Of a DNA stretch of 64,000 bases, positions 25,959 through 39,666 are shown in pieces. This DNA comes from Octopus sinensis (lineage: Eukaryota). The position numbers and the translations under genes were made by a program. Position 1 is the first letter of the stretch. Each line of letters opens with the position of its first letter. Below the pieces are notes generated by a model, which was not told the DNA's origin, did no database searches, and saw only the letters and a program-made list of their open reading frames with translations. The stretch spans positions 118,668,001-118,732,000 of the forward strand of contig NC_043000.1 in assembly GCF_006345805.1 (NCBI RefSeq), read 5' to 3'.

Positions 25959-25996
25959 TAATAATAATAGTAATAATAATAGTAACAATAATAATA

Positions 25997-26046
<50 letters not shown>

Positions 26047-26047
26047 C
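25645..26047. repeat. (TAA)n-dominated triplet microsatellite with CAA/TAG/CAG variants (~400 bp)
   Basis: Seen directly. Confidence 0.95.
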
Positions 26048-27429
26048 TTAACCAGTGTCTGCGCATGTATCACGTAAAAATCAATGAGAGCTTTACATTT
26101 CCACAGGGATGCACCAGTCAAGTATATACACGAATATACTGTTGCAACGAAACACGCGTGCAAGCGTATGCATATAGTGCAAACATACATACATACATAC
26201 ATACATACATACATACATACATACATACATACATACATACATACACACTCAAAGAGGCAGATTTACGCACATACATGCACACATGCATACAAAGATACAG
26301 CACAGAAGTTCATACACGGATTCGTTTCAATTGAAGTTAGTCACGGAAAGTCGTTATTCGTTTTAAGAGTTAAACTGTAACATTACTTATTTATACATGT
26401 TCAACTTCCATAGATATATAGAGAAAACTGAGGCAGATTACTGCGCAAAAAAATAAGCAGAATAATACTCATAAAATGAACAATTTCATAGCGACATTCA
26501 AAGCTTTCATATCAACGCCTACTCTTAAAATGAGATTTTAAAAGCAAGAAAAACTAAAACGCACACGATACTAAAATAAACTGAGTGTTTACCCTCTGTT
26601 ATTTGATAAATTTTAACTACCAATACTGAATGATATCGTCACGTTTTATCGTATGAACAAAATGGAGAAACTTGAAATAATATCTACCCCGCCGTCAGAT
26701 TCGTCTTTCTCCTTAATAACAGCATCAAATTTCTAAACACATCAACCAAAAAAGAAATTACCATTACTTTATTCAATCAAAATAATTACTTTTTTGCTTT
26801 CCTGTACCAAATATTTTAATGAAACTATGCTTTTTAATGGAGGAATAAAATTATAATCATTTCCTGGTAGGTATATACACGTGATATTGTCACGACACTA
26901 GCAATAAATATATTCCGATGGCATCTAATACATTGAAAAACTAATCCCATGGACCTGTAACTCATAAAATAATTACAAGTCGTCTTTTTTTTTTCTGTTG
27001 CTTTTTTCAGGATTTTAGAGGGTTTTTCTCCTTTAGTTACTTTGGGAGAAAGCAATGCTCATAGACATTACTGAGATAACAGAATAAAGCTAACGCCTTC
27101 GTTGCTTGGCTTCAACTCTTTCAGAATGATTATTAAGTCGAAAGCAAAAACAGAAGAGATGTTCTTGGTGGATATGCAATCTTTTAAAAGAAAAGATTAT
27201 GGTGATCAAAGTTCTAAAAACAGAGTATAAATGAAAGGAGATATATATGGAAAGACGTGACTGGGGCGCAGGGCCGTATTAAGTCCCATAGAGGCTCTAA
27301 GCATTTGGAAGATTTGGGGGCCCCTTATATACATGTAACTTAAAATATAAACAATGATAAACCGTAAAATTTTGGGGTTTTTTCAAAATGAAATAAAACT
27401 AACTGTAAGATGGAAAATAATGTTTATTT

Positions 27430-27856
27430 TTACTCTCTTACTCTTTTACTTGTTTCAGTCATTTGACTGTGGCCATGCTGGAGCACCGCCTTTAGTCGAG
27501 CAAATCGACCCCAGGACTTATTCTTTGTAAGCCTAGTACTTAGTCTCTTTTGGCGAACCGCTAAGTTACGGGGACATAAACACACCAGCATCGGTTGTCA
27601 AACGATGTTGGGGGGACAAACATAGACACACACATACACATACATATATATATATACATACATACATACATACATACATACATACATACATAATACATAT
27701 ATACGACGGGATTCTTTCAGTTTCCGTAAACCAAATCCACTCACAAGGCTTTGGTCGACCCGAGGCTATAGTAGAAGACACTTGCCCAAAGTGCCACGCA
27801 GTGGGACTGAACCTGGAACCATGTGGTTCGTAAGCAAGCTAATTACCACTCCTATG

Positions 27857-27858
<2 letters not shown>
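27430..27858 (-). mobile_element. SINE family A, full length
   Basis: All modules present; last CpG-intact family A copy before the ~29-kb transition. Confidence 0.9.
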
Positions 27859-27911
<53 letters not shown>

Positions 27912-28059
27912 CATACTTTCACTTTATTTATATTTGAAAGGTTCTCCCCGGCATTTTCAATTCAAAGTTTTTTGATCAGATCAAAGAAAAAATGATCTTA
28001 TATAACACATTTGCTTCTGTAATTTGTAGAGATAAAGCATCCCGAATATTCTTTTCCAC

Positions 28060-28262
28060 TCTAGGCACAAGAACCGAAATTTTGGGGAAGAGGGCCAATC
28101 GATTACATCGACCCCAGTACGCAGCTGGTACTTAATTTATCGACCCCGAAAGGATGAAAAGTAAAATTGACCTCGGCAGAATTTGAACTCAGAACGTAAA
28201 GACAGATGAAATACCGCTAAGCATCTCGCCCGGCGTGCTAACGATTCTGCTAGCTCGCCGCC
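28060..28262 (-). mobile_element. SINE family B monomer with the alternative tail
   Basis: Head at 28262; tail ...gactggccctcttccccaaaaatttcgg. Confidence 0.85.
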
Positions 28263-28454
28263 CTTAACATCCCGAATATTATTTTAGCAAGTTTAAAGTG
28301 ATTTCTTTCGTGCCGTAAGCCATTCACCATTTCTGCGGTGCCCTCGCTCTTCCCTTGATGCTCTAAGCTTGTGCTTATTTTGCTTAATGGTTAATCCAGC
28401 GCTGGTTGGGGTGTACTGAATAGCTTGAGTTAAGGGCAAGATTGACAGAGAAAA

Positions 28455-28893
28455 GGCGGTGAGCTGGCAGAAACGTCAGCACGCCGGGCGAAATGCTTTG
28501 CGGTATTCCGTCCGTCTTTACGTTCTGAGTTCAAATTCTGCCGAGGTCGACTTTGCCTTTCATCCTTTCGGGGTCAATAAATTAAGTACCAGTTACGCAC
28601 TGGTAAGCACTGGGGTCGATGTAATCGACTTAATTCCTTTGTCTGTCCTTCTTTGCCCCCTCTATATTTAGCCCCTTGTGGGCAATAAAGAAATAAGAAA
28701 CGTAAGCGCGCCAGAGGAACTGCTTAGTAGTATTTTGTATGTCTTTACGTTCTGAGTTCAAATTCCGCCGTGGTCGACTTTGCGATTCATCCTTTCGGGA
28801 ATCGATAAATTAAGTACCCGTTGTGTACTGGGGTCGATCTAATGGACTGGCCCCCTCTCCAAAACTTTCGGGCCTTGTGCCTTGAGTAGGAAA
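28455..28893 (+). mobile_element. SINE family B dimer
   Basis: Re-entry junction aataaagaaata|agaaacgtaagc near 28695, ending in the alternative tail. Confidence 0.85.
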
Positions 28894-29199
28894 GAGTGAC
28901 AGAGATGACTTTGATCTTATTTGTTTCAGTCCTTGCTCGGGCACTACCTTAAAGGGTTTAGTCAAACAAACCAACCCCACTGCTTAATTTTAAAGCCTGG
29001 TTCTTATTCTATCAGTCTCTTTTGCTGAACTACGAATTTATAAGTAACCAAAGATGTGCAATATCCATTCAAATGGTCGAGGAGAAAGAGAGAGCGCGCG
29101 CGAGAGAGAGAGAAAGTGAGAGAGCAAGATGACAACAGAAAGATCAGAAACGACAGGTGGAAGAAGCAAGGATGACTGCGGCAATGCTGGGGCACCATC

Positions 29200-29346
29200 T
29201 TGAAGAATTTTTTAGTTGACTGAATCAACCCCAGTACTTTTTTTAAAGCCAGGTACTTATTTTATCGGTTCCTTTTTGCTGATTATAAGGACGTAAACAA
29301 ACCAACACCGGTTGTCAAGCAGTGATGAGGGACAAACACAGACACA

Positions 29347-29390
<44 letters not shown>

Positions 29391-30080
29391 ATGGGCTTCT
29401 TTTAGTTTCCATCAGCCAAATCCACTTGCATGGTTTTGGTCAGCCCGGGGCTATAACAAAAGACACTTTCGAAAGGTGCCATGCAGTGGGACTGAACCAA
29501 GAAAACTGTGGTTGGGAAGCAAACTTCTTATCAAATCACCATACCTGCAGTGACTGGTTACTGAGTACATTCTGCATTTACTGTATGCAACCCCTAAGCT
29601 AGTGCCACAGTTGAAAGGCCTTCCCTACGCTCTAAAGAGTGGTTAGTGAGGAAGGCTCTCTAGTGCTGATGCCATGAAAAATGTACCGCAGGTGTGGCTG
29701 TGTGGTAAGTAGCTTTTTTACCAACCACATGCTTCCGGGTTCAGTCCCACTGCATGGCACCTTGGGCAAGTGTCTTCTACTATAGCCTCGGGCTGACCAA
29801 AGCCTTGTGAATGGATTTGATAGACAGAAACTGAAAGAAGCCCATCGTATATATGTATGTCTGTGTATATGTTTGTGTGTCTGATTTTGTCACCCACCAG
29901 CATCGCTTGACAACTGATCCTAGTGTGTTTACATCCCCGTAACTTAGCGGTTCGGCAAAAGAGACTGATATAACAAGTACTAGGCTTACACAGAATAAGT
30001 CCTGGAGTCAATTTGCTCGACTAAAGGTGGTGCTCCAGCATGGTCGCAGTCAAATGACTGAAACAGGTAAAAGAGAAAGA
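29200..30080. mobile_element. Two divergently oriented family A SINEs (29200-29545 minus, 29688-30080 plus) with CpG decay
   Basis: Family A modules with TpG/CpA at consensus CpGs (gggctgacc, cccatcg, gacaactgat). Confidence 0.85.
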
Positions 30081-30713
30081 GTACACAGCATGAAGTGGAT
30101 GATAGATGAGCAGAGAAAGCTTACGGTTGCGAGGTCTCTTTGTCTTGTCTTCCCAAGGACCTACCAACCTCTCTAGCATTCACAAAATGCACCCATACAC
30201 TCTGTAAGATGGTTGAGGAGGGTAAAGACATCTAGCAGTAGAAACTAAAACAGTTCCTGAAAGCAGTAACTATGAGAGCAGTAGCTCCCAATAAGAAATC
30301 GCTTGGGTCGTGACAACCTGCCCAGCCTATGCCAGCATGGAAAGAAAACCTAAAATGATGATAATATATATGTATGCATGTGTACACATTTTATGCATGT
30401 CATATATATGACACTCATAAGTGTACACATTCCTATATATATATATATATATATATATAGAGGCAATGAAAATAAAATTAGCTACTTTTAGCCATAGGCT
30501 GAAACAGCTGTAAGGAGTGATTTTAACGATTTATTAATGTATATTATGACTGTTTTAATTTGTATTCTTATCTTATATCTTATATGTATTGAATTATAAG
30601 ATATATATGTATGCTATTGATGTTCTCATTTTGTTAAAGGAATAAATAATCTAACATTATAATATCCGAAACTTGATGAACAAACTAATTTTGTTTCTCC
30701 ATTTTCTTATTTG

Positions 30714-30749
<36 letters not shown>

Positions 30750-31262
30750 TCATCATTTTAATGTCCGGTGTCTCTGCTGGCATGGGTTGGACAGTTGGAC
30801 TGGCTGGCATGCTGGAAGGCTGCACCAGGCTCTAGTCTGATTTGGCATGGTTTTCTACAGCTGTATGCCCTTCCTAATGCCAGCCACTCTGAGAGTGTAA
30901 AGGGTGCTTTTATGTGCCACAGGTATGGGTGCCGTTTGCATGACACCAGTATCTGCCACAATTGCGATTTTGCTTCATGGGTCTTCTTCTTAAGCACAAC
31001 ATAATGCCAAAGGCTTAAGTCATTGCCTCTGTGAGGTCCAACACTTGAAGGAACTTGGCCACTTTGCCTTGATGAGGCCCAACATTCAAAATAAACTCAG
31101 CCATCCCACCTCTGTGAGGCCCAACACTCAAAACGAATTCAGCAACTTTGCCTCCATTAGGCTCAATACTTGAAAGAAACTGAGCCACTTTTTCTCTATC
31201 AGGCCCTTTGCTCAAAAGGAACTCAGCCACTATGCCTCCATATATATTTATATATATATATA

Positions 31263-32928
31263 TCAGGTCATCCCATAAATAATATCCAAAATTTCATATG
31301 TAATTTCTAACAAATTTTGCAGTATTCTAAAATGTAAAATGGTATTGATTGATACTCATTAATTTGGAAACCTTTAATTTAATATAATTTTATTTTTTGA
31401 AAGAATAATCTGACTACATTAATTATTAATATCAACCCCCACTCAAAAATGGATGCATCGAAGGAGCATTTAAGGCAGATAATGCTTTATGAGTTCAAAA
31501 AGGGAAGCAATGCAGCAGAAGCAACTCAAAATATCCATTGTGTTTATGGGGAAGAGTGCTTGAACAAAAGAAGTTGCAGAAGAGGTTTGCAAGTACAAAA
31601 ATAGTGATTTCATAAAGGGGCCAAGAATAGGATGCCCTGTTGAATTTGATGATGAGCTTCTTTTGTCAGAACTTGAGAAGGATAATGCTGCATCAGTTAA
31701 AGAATTGGCAAGCAAGTTCAATTCAAGCCATTCAACTTTTCACCACCATCTTCAGCCATTCAAGAATTTGGACCTTCATTTCCAGCGTCATCGAGGGCCA
31801 CCTCCCAGTGGTGTCGGGCATCAACGAAGAGCCCTCGACTACAACAAGACGACCAAAGTATTTTTTTCCAAGGTCTGGGGTCTCCCACCCCTAAGCCCAA
31901 CACCATCACCTAATCACCCTTACCCATCTTGTTGCTTAACAACAACAACAACAACCATCTTCAACAGATTGGAAAGGTGCCCAAACTCAGAAATGGGTTC
32001 CCAATGATTTGACAGAAAACAACTGAAAATCACAAGTGGACATCTGTTCATTTCTTCCTTCTTGTGAGCGTATCTTGCCATTTTTGGACAAATTAGTGGT
32101 GATGAAAAAATGTATTTTTAATTATAATGTTAAGCAATGGCTTAGTTGTGGAGAACAGGCTAAACCACAAAGCAAAAAAGACCTTCATGCAAAGAAGTTC
32201 TTTGTTTGGTGAGATTGCGCTAGTCATCCACTTTAAGCTGCTACCAACTAATGCAACAATTACTGCCCACACCTATCCACAAGGGGCTAAACACAGAGGA
32301 GACAAACAAGGACAGACAGATGGATTAAGTCAATTACATCGACCCCAGGATTAAGTCAATTACATCGACCCCAGATGAAAGGCAAAGTCGACCTCGGCGG
32401 AATTTGAACTCAGAACGTAGCGACAGGTGAAATACCTCTAAGCATTTCGTCCAGTGTGCTAACGATTCTGCCAGCTCGCCGCCTTTTACTGCCCACACCT
32501 ATTGCCAACAATTAGAGCATTTGGATGTTGCTTTGAATAAAAAAAAGTCTGCTTTGGTGAATTGTAAGTGAGTGGGGCTTCATTATGATATTGTAAGGCC
32601 CCATACTGCAAAGATTACATCAGAAAAAAAATCAAAGAACTTGGTTAGGAAAACATCCCTCACCCACCTTATTCTTTGGACCTCACTCCTTCTGATAACC
32701 ATTTTTTCAAAACTCCCGAAAGAGGTCAAAACTGACCTCTGTTTTAACTTCTCTTCCTTCTCAGCAAAACAGAAGAATTTTTCACCAATGGAATTTAAAA
32801 ACTGGTGAGTAGAAGGAAGTCATCAATAATGATGGGAATTATATGTAGGGTTAAATTTTAATAAAAATGTAAAATTAGATCACTTTTCCCTTACCCAAAA
32901 TTTGGACATAACTTATGGGATGACCTGG
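31263..32928 (+). mobile_element. Mariner transposon relic with TA flanks and nested insertions
   Basis: TIRs TA|tcaggtcatcccataa and ttatgggatgacctgg|TA; transposase remnants MDASKEHLRQIMLYEFKKG, WVPNDL and GDEK; nested inserts at 31755-31953 and ~32270-32485. Confidence 0.85.
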
Positions 32929-33894
32929 TATATGTGTAAATCCTGTCAAACTATCCAACACATGTCAGCATGGAAAATGGATGTTAAATGATGATGATGA
33001 TGATACAGATGGAAAAATACAAAAGAATGTAGCATTCAACACAATTTGTTTGGAGTTATGTGTATTTAATAACAGCTTGACTCAACTCCTCCAAATTATA
33101 ATTATATATTGGAGTAAGGTGGTGAGTGACAAAAGATGAGGCCCGGAGGAAAGAGAGAGTGATGGCTGGCAGTAAGAAAAGTGAAATTAGAGTAGATTGG
33201 ACATCATCATCATTATCGTTTAACGTCCGTTTTCCATGCTAGCATGGGTTGGACGGTTTGACCGGGGTCTGGGAAGCCAGGAGGCTGCACCAGGCTCCAG
33301 TCTGATCTGGCAAAGTTTCTACAGCTGGATGCCCTTCCTAACGCCAACCACTCCGTGAGTGTAGTGGTGGTTTTTTACGTGCCACCAGCACAGGTGCCAG
33401 GGGAGGCTGGCAACGGCCACGATCGGTTGGTGGTTTTTACGTGCCACCTACACAGAAGCCAGTCAAGGCGGCACTATGTTCTAAATATTGATATTAGCAG
33501 AGACATGGCTGTGTAACTGAGAGGTTTGTTTCCTAACTGTATAGTGCCACTGTGTCACATTTTGAGAAAGTGCCTTCTATAGCCAGAGACCAACCAATTC
33601 CTGATAAGGAAATTTGGTGGATGGAAACTGAAAGAAGCCTATCATGTATATGTGTCTCTCCTTCTTTTGACATCACATTATATTTGTAAATAAAGTGTCA
33701 CTGTCATTGTGTCATATATTTCCAATATTCTGGAAACAAATCTAGCCATGGGAAATATTACCTTGCTTGGGTACAGGTGATGGTTGGTGACAGGAAGGGT
33801 ATCCAGCTGTATTAAATCTGCCTCATTTCATTCCATCCAAGCATGGATAAGTTGACATTTAAACAATGATGATGACCGACTCTAAGTGCAAGTA

Positions 33895-34720
33895 CATGGT
33901 GTCCCAAAAGTCACTGATATGTTTTAATTGTTAGTAATTTCCGTAATTTCACAAATAAATGTATGAAATTTTGATACAATATAGAGGACTTAATGGAAAT
34001 TAATATGCATAAGTCAAATTTTACAACACCACTACATCTCATGGAAAATTCTATCACTTAAATAGCAGCCATTTTCGGCTTCACATGACCATGCTCTTTC
34101 CAAAACTTGCACCATAACACCCTCAAGAGTTTCAGACCCCACTTCTCTGTTGATGTTCTCCTTCAGTTGCTCCAAGGTCTCCGGTTTGTTGACGTAAACC
34201 CTCTCTTTCGGGTATCTCCATAAGAAAAAATCCAGGCTAGTCAAGTAAGGGAATGTGAAGGCCAGTTGACATTACCGTGGCAGGAGATTATTCTCTCTCC
34301 AAAGCACTTGCCATAGCAACTGCATTGTTTCCCTTGCGGTATGAGCAGTTGCCCCATCTTGTTGGAGCCATGTGTGAAGTCTACTTTGAATGGCCGGGCA
34401 CAAAAAGTTCTCAATTATAGATACCTAAAAGAGAGTATTTACGTTAACAAACTGGAGACCTTGGTGCAACTGAAAGAGAACATCAACAGAGAAATCAGAG
34501 AAGTGGGGTCTGAAACTCTTGAGGGTGTTAGGGTGCAAGTTTTGGAAAATGTATGGGCATGCAAAGCTGAAAATGGCTGTATTTAAGCGATGTCATTTTT
34601 CATAAGTGATGTAGTAGTGTTTTAAAATTTGACTTGTGCATATTAATTTCCATTATGTCCTTTATATTGTATCAAAATTTCATGCATTTATTTGTAAAGT
34701 TAAGGAAGTTATTTAAAACT
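33895..34720. mobile_element. Foldback made of two inverted 3' ends of a Tc1/mariner (rosa/DD41D-like) element
   Basis: Minus arm encodes QQDGATAHT...LTSLDFFLWRYPKERVYVNKPETLEQLKENI; plus arm (34415-34715) is a roughly 85% identical inverted copy; TA|catggtgtcccaaaag terminus at 33893. Confidence 0.8.
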
Positions 34721-34864
34721 GAAACCCATCATTGACTATAATTTATACTAGAATGAATTACTTATTGCTCTGTGCAAAATCTTACAATCTATACTCGTCA
34801 ATGTTGCATTCTATTCTTTTGCCTAAAAGCATCTATCAAGCAGTGCTTTCCTTGAGAATGTAAA

Positions 34865-35259
34865 TCTCTATATGTATATAAAACTGAAGTTGTCTGTGTG
34901 TGTCAGGTTTGGCAGCCTTCAACTAACACTATCTCCTCCGAGACACTGCGGCGCAAGTTGACCAAAATTGAGAGTATGATAGAAGAAGGCTTGCTCTTCC
35001 TTCCGTAGAATGAAAAATATCAAATCGGACCATGTTAACGCCAAAAATTATTTACATCAAAATGGTGCTTTTTTTCTATGAAAATTCCCATTTTTTACGA
35101 TTTTTTTACTCCTGTGTCGCCATTTTTCGGTGTATTTCAACCAGAAAAATGTTCACTTGAAGAGAATAACAAGCTCCGTAATGAAAAATATTTACTTTTC
35201 AAAAATTCCAATTCTAAATGGTCGAAACAAACCCGAGCAACGCCGGGCAATACTGCTAG
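34865..35259 (+). mobile_element. Non-autonomous Helitron-like element
   Basis: 5' TC-tatat..ataaaactgaagttgtc and 3' GC-rich hairpin cccgagcaacgccggg followed by CTAG|T. Confidence 0.75.
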
Positions 35260-35299
35260 TTAACTTGTAAAATTAAATTCTTAATTTCATAAAATTATC

Positions 35300-35965
35300 T
35301 CATGCTGTGCGTGAGAAGACCCGGCAAGACTAGTGAAGCCATAACCCGTGGCCCCTACCTGGGACGTAGTCAGTCCACCTGTGCATACCTTCCTGCTTGT
35401 GACACTTGTGAAGACCTGTTGAGGCAAATCAAATCAAAGTCAAATCGAATCAAGTCAAACCAAATCAAAATAGATGAACATCAATGGAATTTGTATCCTT
35501 GTGGTACCAGTGCCGGTGGCACATAAGAAAACCATCCGAACGGGACCGTAGCCAGTACCGCATCGACTGGCCTCCGTGCCGTGGGCACGTAACAAACACC
35601 ATCCGATCGTAGCCGTTTGCCAGCCTCGTCTGGCACCTGTGTTGTCACATAAGAAAAACACCGAAAACACCATATCCGAGCGTGTCCGTCTGCCAGCCTC
35701 GTCTGGCACCTGTGTCGGTGGCACATAAAAAACACCATCCGAGCGTGGCCGTCTGCCAGCCTCGTCTGGCACCTGTGTCGGTGGCACATAAAATCACCCA
35801 CTACACTCTCGGAGTGGTTGGCGTTAGGAAGGGCATCCAGCCGTAGAAACACTGCCAGATCTGACTGGCCTGGTGTAGCCTTCGGGCTTGCCAGACCCCA
35901 GTTGAACCATCCAACCCATGCTAGCATGGAAAGAGGACGTTAAACGATGATGATGATGATGATGA
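35300..35965 (+). mobile_element. (GAT)n-tailed SINE family F (RTE-like tail) with internal ~45-bp tandem repeats; longest copy
   Basis: 3' catgctagcatggaaa..ggacgttaaacgatgatgat and internal gccagcctcgtctggcacctgtg repeats. Other copies at about 30748, 33200, 37200, 41630, 42645, 44590, 45200, 48100, 48535, 49070, 53340, 60245, 61775 and 63300. Confidence 0.85.
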
Positions 35966-36878
35966 TTTTCTGTGGTAGATGCTAACAATTGCAACGTTTT
36001 TCATCTACTTTCCAACTTTCAAGATTTCAATTAAGAATTTTATTTTGCCCTCAACATTCCTTTGAGCTTTAACCAAGAGGGGTTTTTACCATGCAGTACA
36101 AGGAATTTCTGTTTCTTATTAGTCTCGGTAAATCCTCAATTTCATATTGTATGTCCCTACCAATAACCTCAATGTAGCTGAGTGATGTTTACATCTATTC
36201 AGGTGCTGAAGCTACCAAAATATCACTGTAATCACCGTGACCAACCAGGCTATCAGATGTCGCTACACAGCGCTGGTCACAATGCGCTTCATATTGTTTT
36301 AGCCTTCAAATGATGCCACCTGGCTGGCTAAGTGAGAAGAAGAAAGAGCGAGAGAAAGCTGTGGCGAAAGAGTACAACAGGGATTGCCTCTACCCCCTGC
36401 TGGAGCCTCATGGAGCTTTAGGTGTTTTCGCTCAATAAACACTCACAACACCTGGTCTGGGAATCAAAACCGCAATCCTACGACTGGGCCACTGCACCTC
36501 CACCTACCAAAATATAACATGCAATATGACCTGATGTTCAGCAAGACAGCAGTAATAAACAAAGCCTACACGGCATCAAGCAACAATAAGAGATGGGTGG
36601 AATGTGTCTGTAAATTTCCTCTTTGGCTTTATGCTCAACCAGGAAATGTTTTGGGCCCTCATTAAAAGCCTTCCTCCTAAAAGCCTGACTTACTTAAAGT
36701 CCCTTATAATTACCCCATGATTAAGGTGTGGGCTTCGTTGTATTTAAGTAGCTTACTTCACTACCATGTAGTCACAGATTCACTCCTACTGAGCTGTACC
36801 TTGGACAAGTGACTATAGCCCAGGGTCAACCAAAGCCATGTGAGTGGATTTGGTTGGGTGCAAACTGAAAGAAGTCCA

Positions 36879-36912
<34 letters not shown>

Positions 36913-37691
36913 CCTTGTCTAGGCATCATATGATGGTTGTAAATGATCTTAACTGTTATATAAGCAAAGATATTTCCAATCCCCTGCAAAAAAAAAACAT
37001 GTCTAGCTATGGGAAAATATTATCTTGCTGGGAAACAGGAGAGAGCTTGCAATGGAAGGACACTCACCCATAAAAAATCTGCGACATACAAGTATGGAAA
37101 AGTGAAAATTAAACGTTGATGAGGATGATTCAAAATCAACATTTGTAAATCACAAATTTCAAGTTTCCTCAAAACATCCATTCAGTGTATAATAATCTGT
37201 CTCATCATCATCATCATCATTGTTTAACGTCCGCTTTTCATGCTAGCATGGGTTGGACGATTTAACTGAGGGCTGGCAAACCAGATGGCTACACCAGGCT
37301 CTTGAACTGGCAGAGTTTCTACAGCTTGATGCCCTTCCTAATACCAACCACTCCAAGAGTGTAGTGGGTGCTTTTACGTGACACCAGTATGGGGCCAGTC
37401 GGTCGGTACTGGCAATGACCTCGCTCGAATCTTTTACACATGCCACCAGCACAGGTGCCAGTAAGGCGATGCTGGTAATGATCACGCTTGGATGGTGTCT
37501 TTTACGTACCACCGGCACGGAGGCCAGATAGCCGCTCTGGCAACGATCATGCTCGGATGGTGCTCTTAACACCCTACTAGCACAGGGCTCGAGTGCCTTC
37601 GACAAAAATAAAAAGTTCACTTTTAATGTACTTAAATTTACTCAGGCAGAATAAATGAAAACAGTACACAAAAACAATCAAAGAAAATATA

Positions 37692-37697
37692 TTTATT
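37692..37697 (-). terminator. Candidate polyadenylation signal AATAAA
   Basis: Plus-strand tttatt at 37692-37697; on the minus strand it is followed by tattttctttgattgtttttgtgtactgtttt (U/GU-rich downstream element). Confidence 0.4.
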
Positions 37698-39348
37698 ATA
37701 CAAAAAAGTACAATTCCTTTTTAGGATAAAGATATGGAATATGATATATTTTTGAATATATACTATATTAAGATTTTATCAAATGTGAAAATTTACTTAA
37801 AACAAAAAAATATGCTTTAAGAAGTGAGGTAAAAAAGAAACTTCTATAACTAATAAAAAATTTTTAAGTCTTAATCTGCACCAAAATGGCAAAATGTTTT
37901 TATATAAGACTGGAAATAAAAAAAAGTTTTATATCAAAATATAGATGTAAATGTTATTATGGATCTAATGTTGTCATCCTAATCATCAACCTAAAACGTC
38001 TGTCCAATTTCATTTCACTATGAATTAATTACCAAATTTTTGCATGAACCTGTTGAAATTCTATCAAAAAATATCAGTGATTCTTGACGAACAATATTTT
38101 AAAAATCATCTTGATTGTCATTTCACATCTACATCTTTTTTTAAGTTGGTGTAAATGGAATGGAATAGACAATTAGCTACAGCCCAAGCTGGTTCTTATT
38201 TGGGATCCCTGCACTCCGAAACAGGTCAAGGAGAGATCATATCAGACTTGGTTGTTCCATTTCTGGCACATTTCCTACGGCTGTATTTACAAAAATCTGT
38301 TGATATAAACTTCAAAGTGTTGATTATGGAAACAAGTCCGAAATCATTGGAAAGGCCACTTTGTTAACATGGATGTCTATTGAGCAACACTAATAATATT
38401 TAACGTTTTCAAAGGAAACTCCTCTAAATTATGTTCAATCCTACAAAACTATCTGTAATGCAACCATATTTCTAAGAGCTAGAATAAAATCACAAAAACT
38501 CAACCAAAAACACACATACATCAATGCAATTCAAGATAATAAATTGTGGTTTTTTTCTTCCCATAGATCAGCAGACATGCATGATTCAGTCATCTTCTAC
38601 CGTCATGTATCATGTCAGAGAGAGCATGGTCAACAATATACAACACAACGTTACAACGACATAAACAAACAAAGCTAACTCTTATGGAGGCAATACAAAA
38701 ACGACTTTTCATGTGTGAACAGAGTCTGCAGCCAACAATGTCAACAGATTGTTTGGTTTCCATGCTGTGTATATCAAATACTTGGACAAAGAATTTGCTT
38801 ACAATATAAATAGTCTGAACAGAATCTACCAGAAAAGTAATTTGTTTAAATCATTGTATATACTTACATTAGTACCTGACTGGAATTTAGAAAGTCCTGT
38901 TGAAAGGAAACCATGGGATGATGACGGTTTTTAATAGCATGCCTAATCTCCATTTAATTATTTTATTAGACTACCTCCTCTGTCATAAATTATTTTTTAT
39001 CATGCAGAGCTTAGGAACCTAGTCTGTCTCTTTATATCATTGCCAAAAAATGCACACACACATACACACACACACACATAAATGCATCACAGCATTACTT
39101 TTGTTTCAACTAAGACAATAAGAACTAACACAGAGGTGAAGAACTGACATTTTGTCTTCCATAGTTAAAAGTCTGGTGTTAGAGAACCTTATTTACAAAC
39201 TATATTAATTTTAGGAGATTAAAATATTAACAAAAAGAGTTGTGTAAAACTTATCCAAATATCAATGGCTGAGTATTTACCAAATATATAATTATAAAAT
39301 CAAGAGTCTATTTACTGTAAGGACTTATAACTATAACTACCTATACAT

Positions 39349-39380
<32 letters not shown>

Positions 39381-39450
39381 TGATAAAACTGGTAAGACAA
39401 CAAAAGAAAGAAAGAGACCTCAATATTATGTAACTAGAGGAATTTATCTG

Positions 39451-39666
39451 TAAATGTAATATGTGACAATTGTTCGGTAGCCATGATAAAACTCCGAGTT
39501 TTGGATGCTGAAGTGGAAATCCATGCCGCTATCTCTTCAGTTATCCGGCCATCGAAGAAATCTTTGCTGATGGCCGGATAACTGAAGAGATAGCTGCGTG
39601 GGTTTCCACCTCAGCATCCGAAACTCAGAATTTTATTATGGCTACCGAATAATTGTCACATATTAC

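Noticed and set aside
31015-31230. ORF with a 14-aa tandem repeat (MAEFLLSKGPDREK...)
   Set aside because: A 42-bp minisatellite attached to a family F SINE; a unit length divisible by three keeps a frame open by chance, and no splice signals were found.
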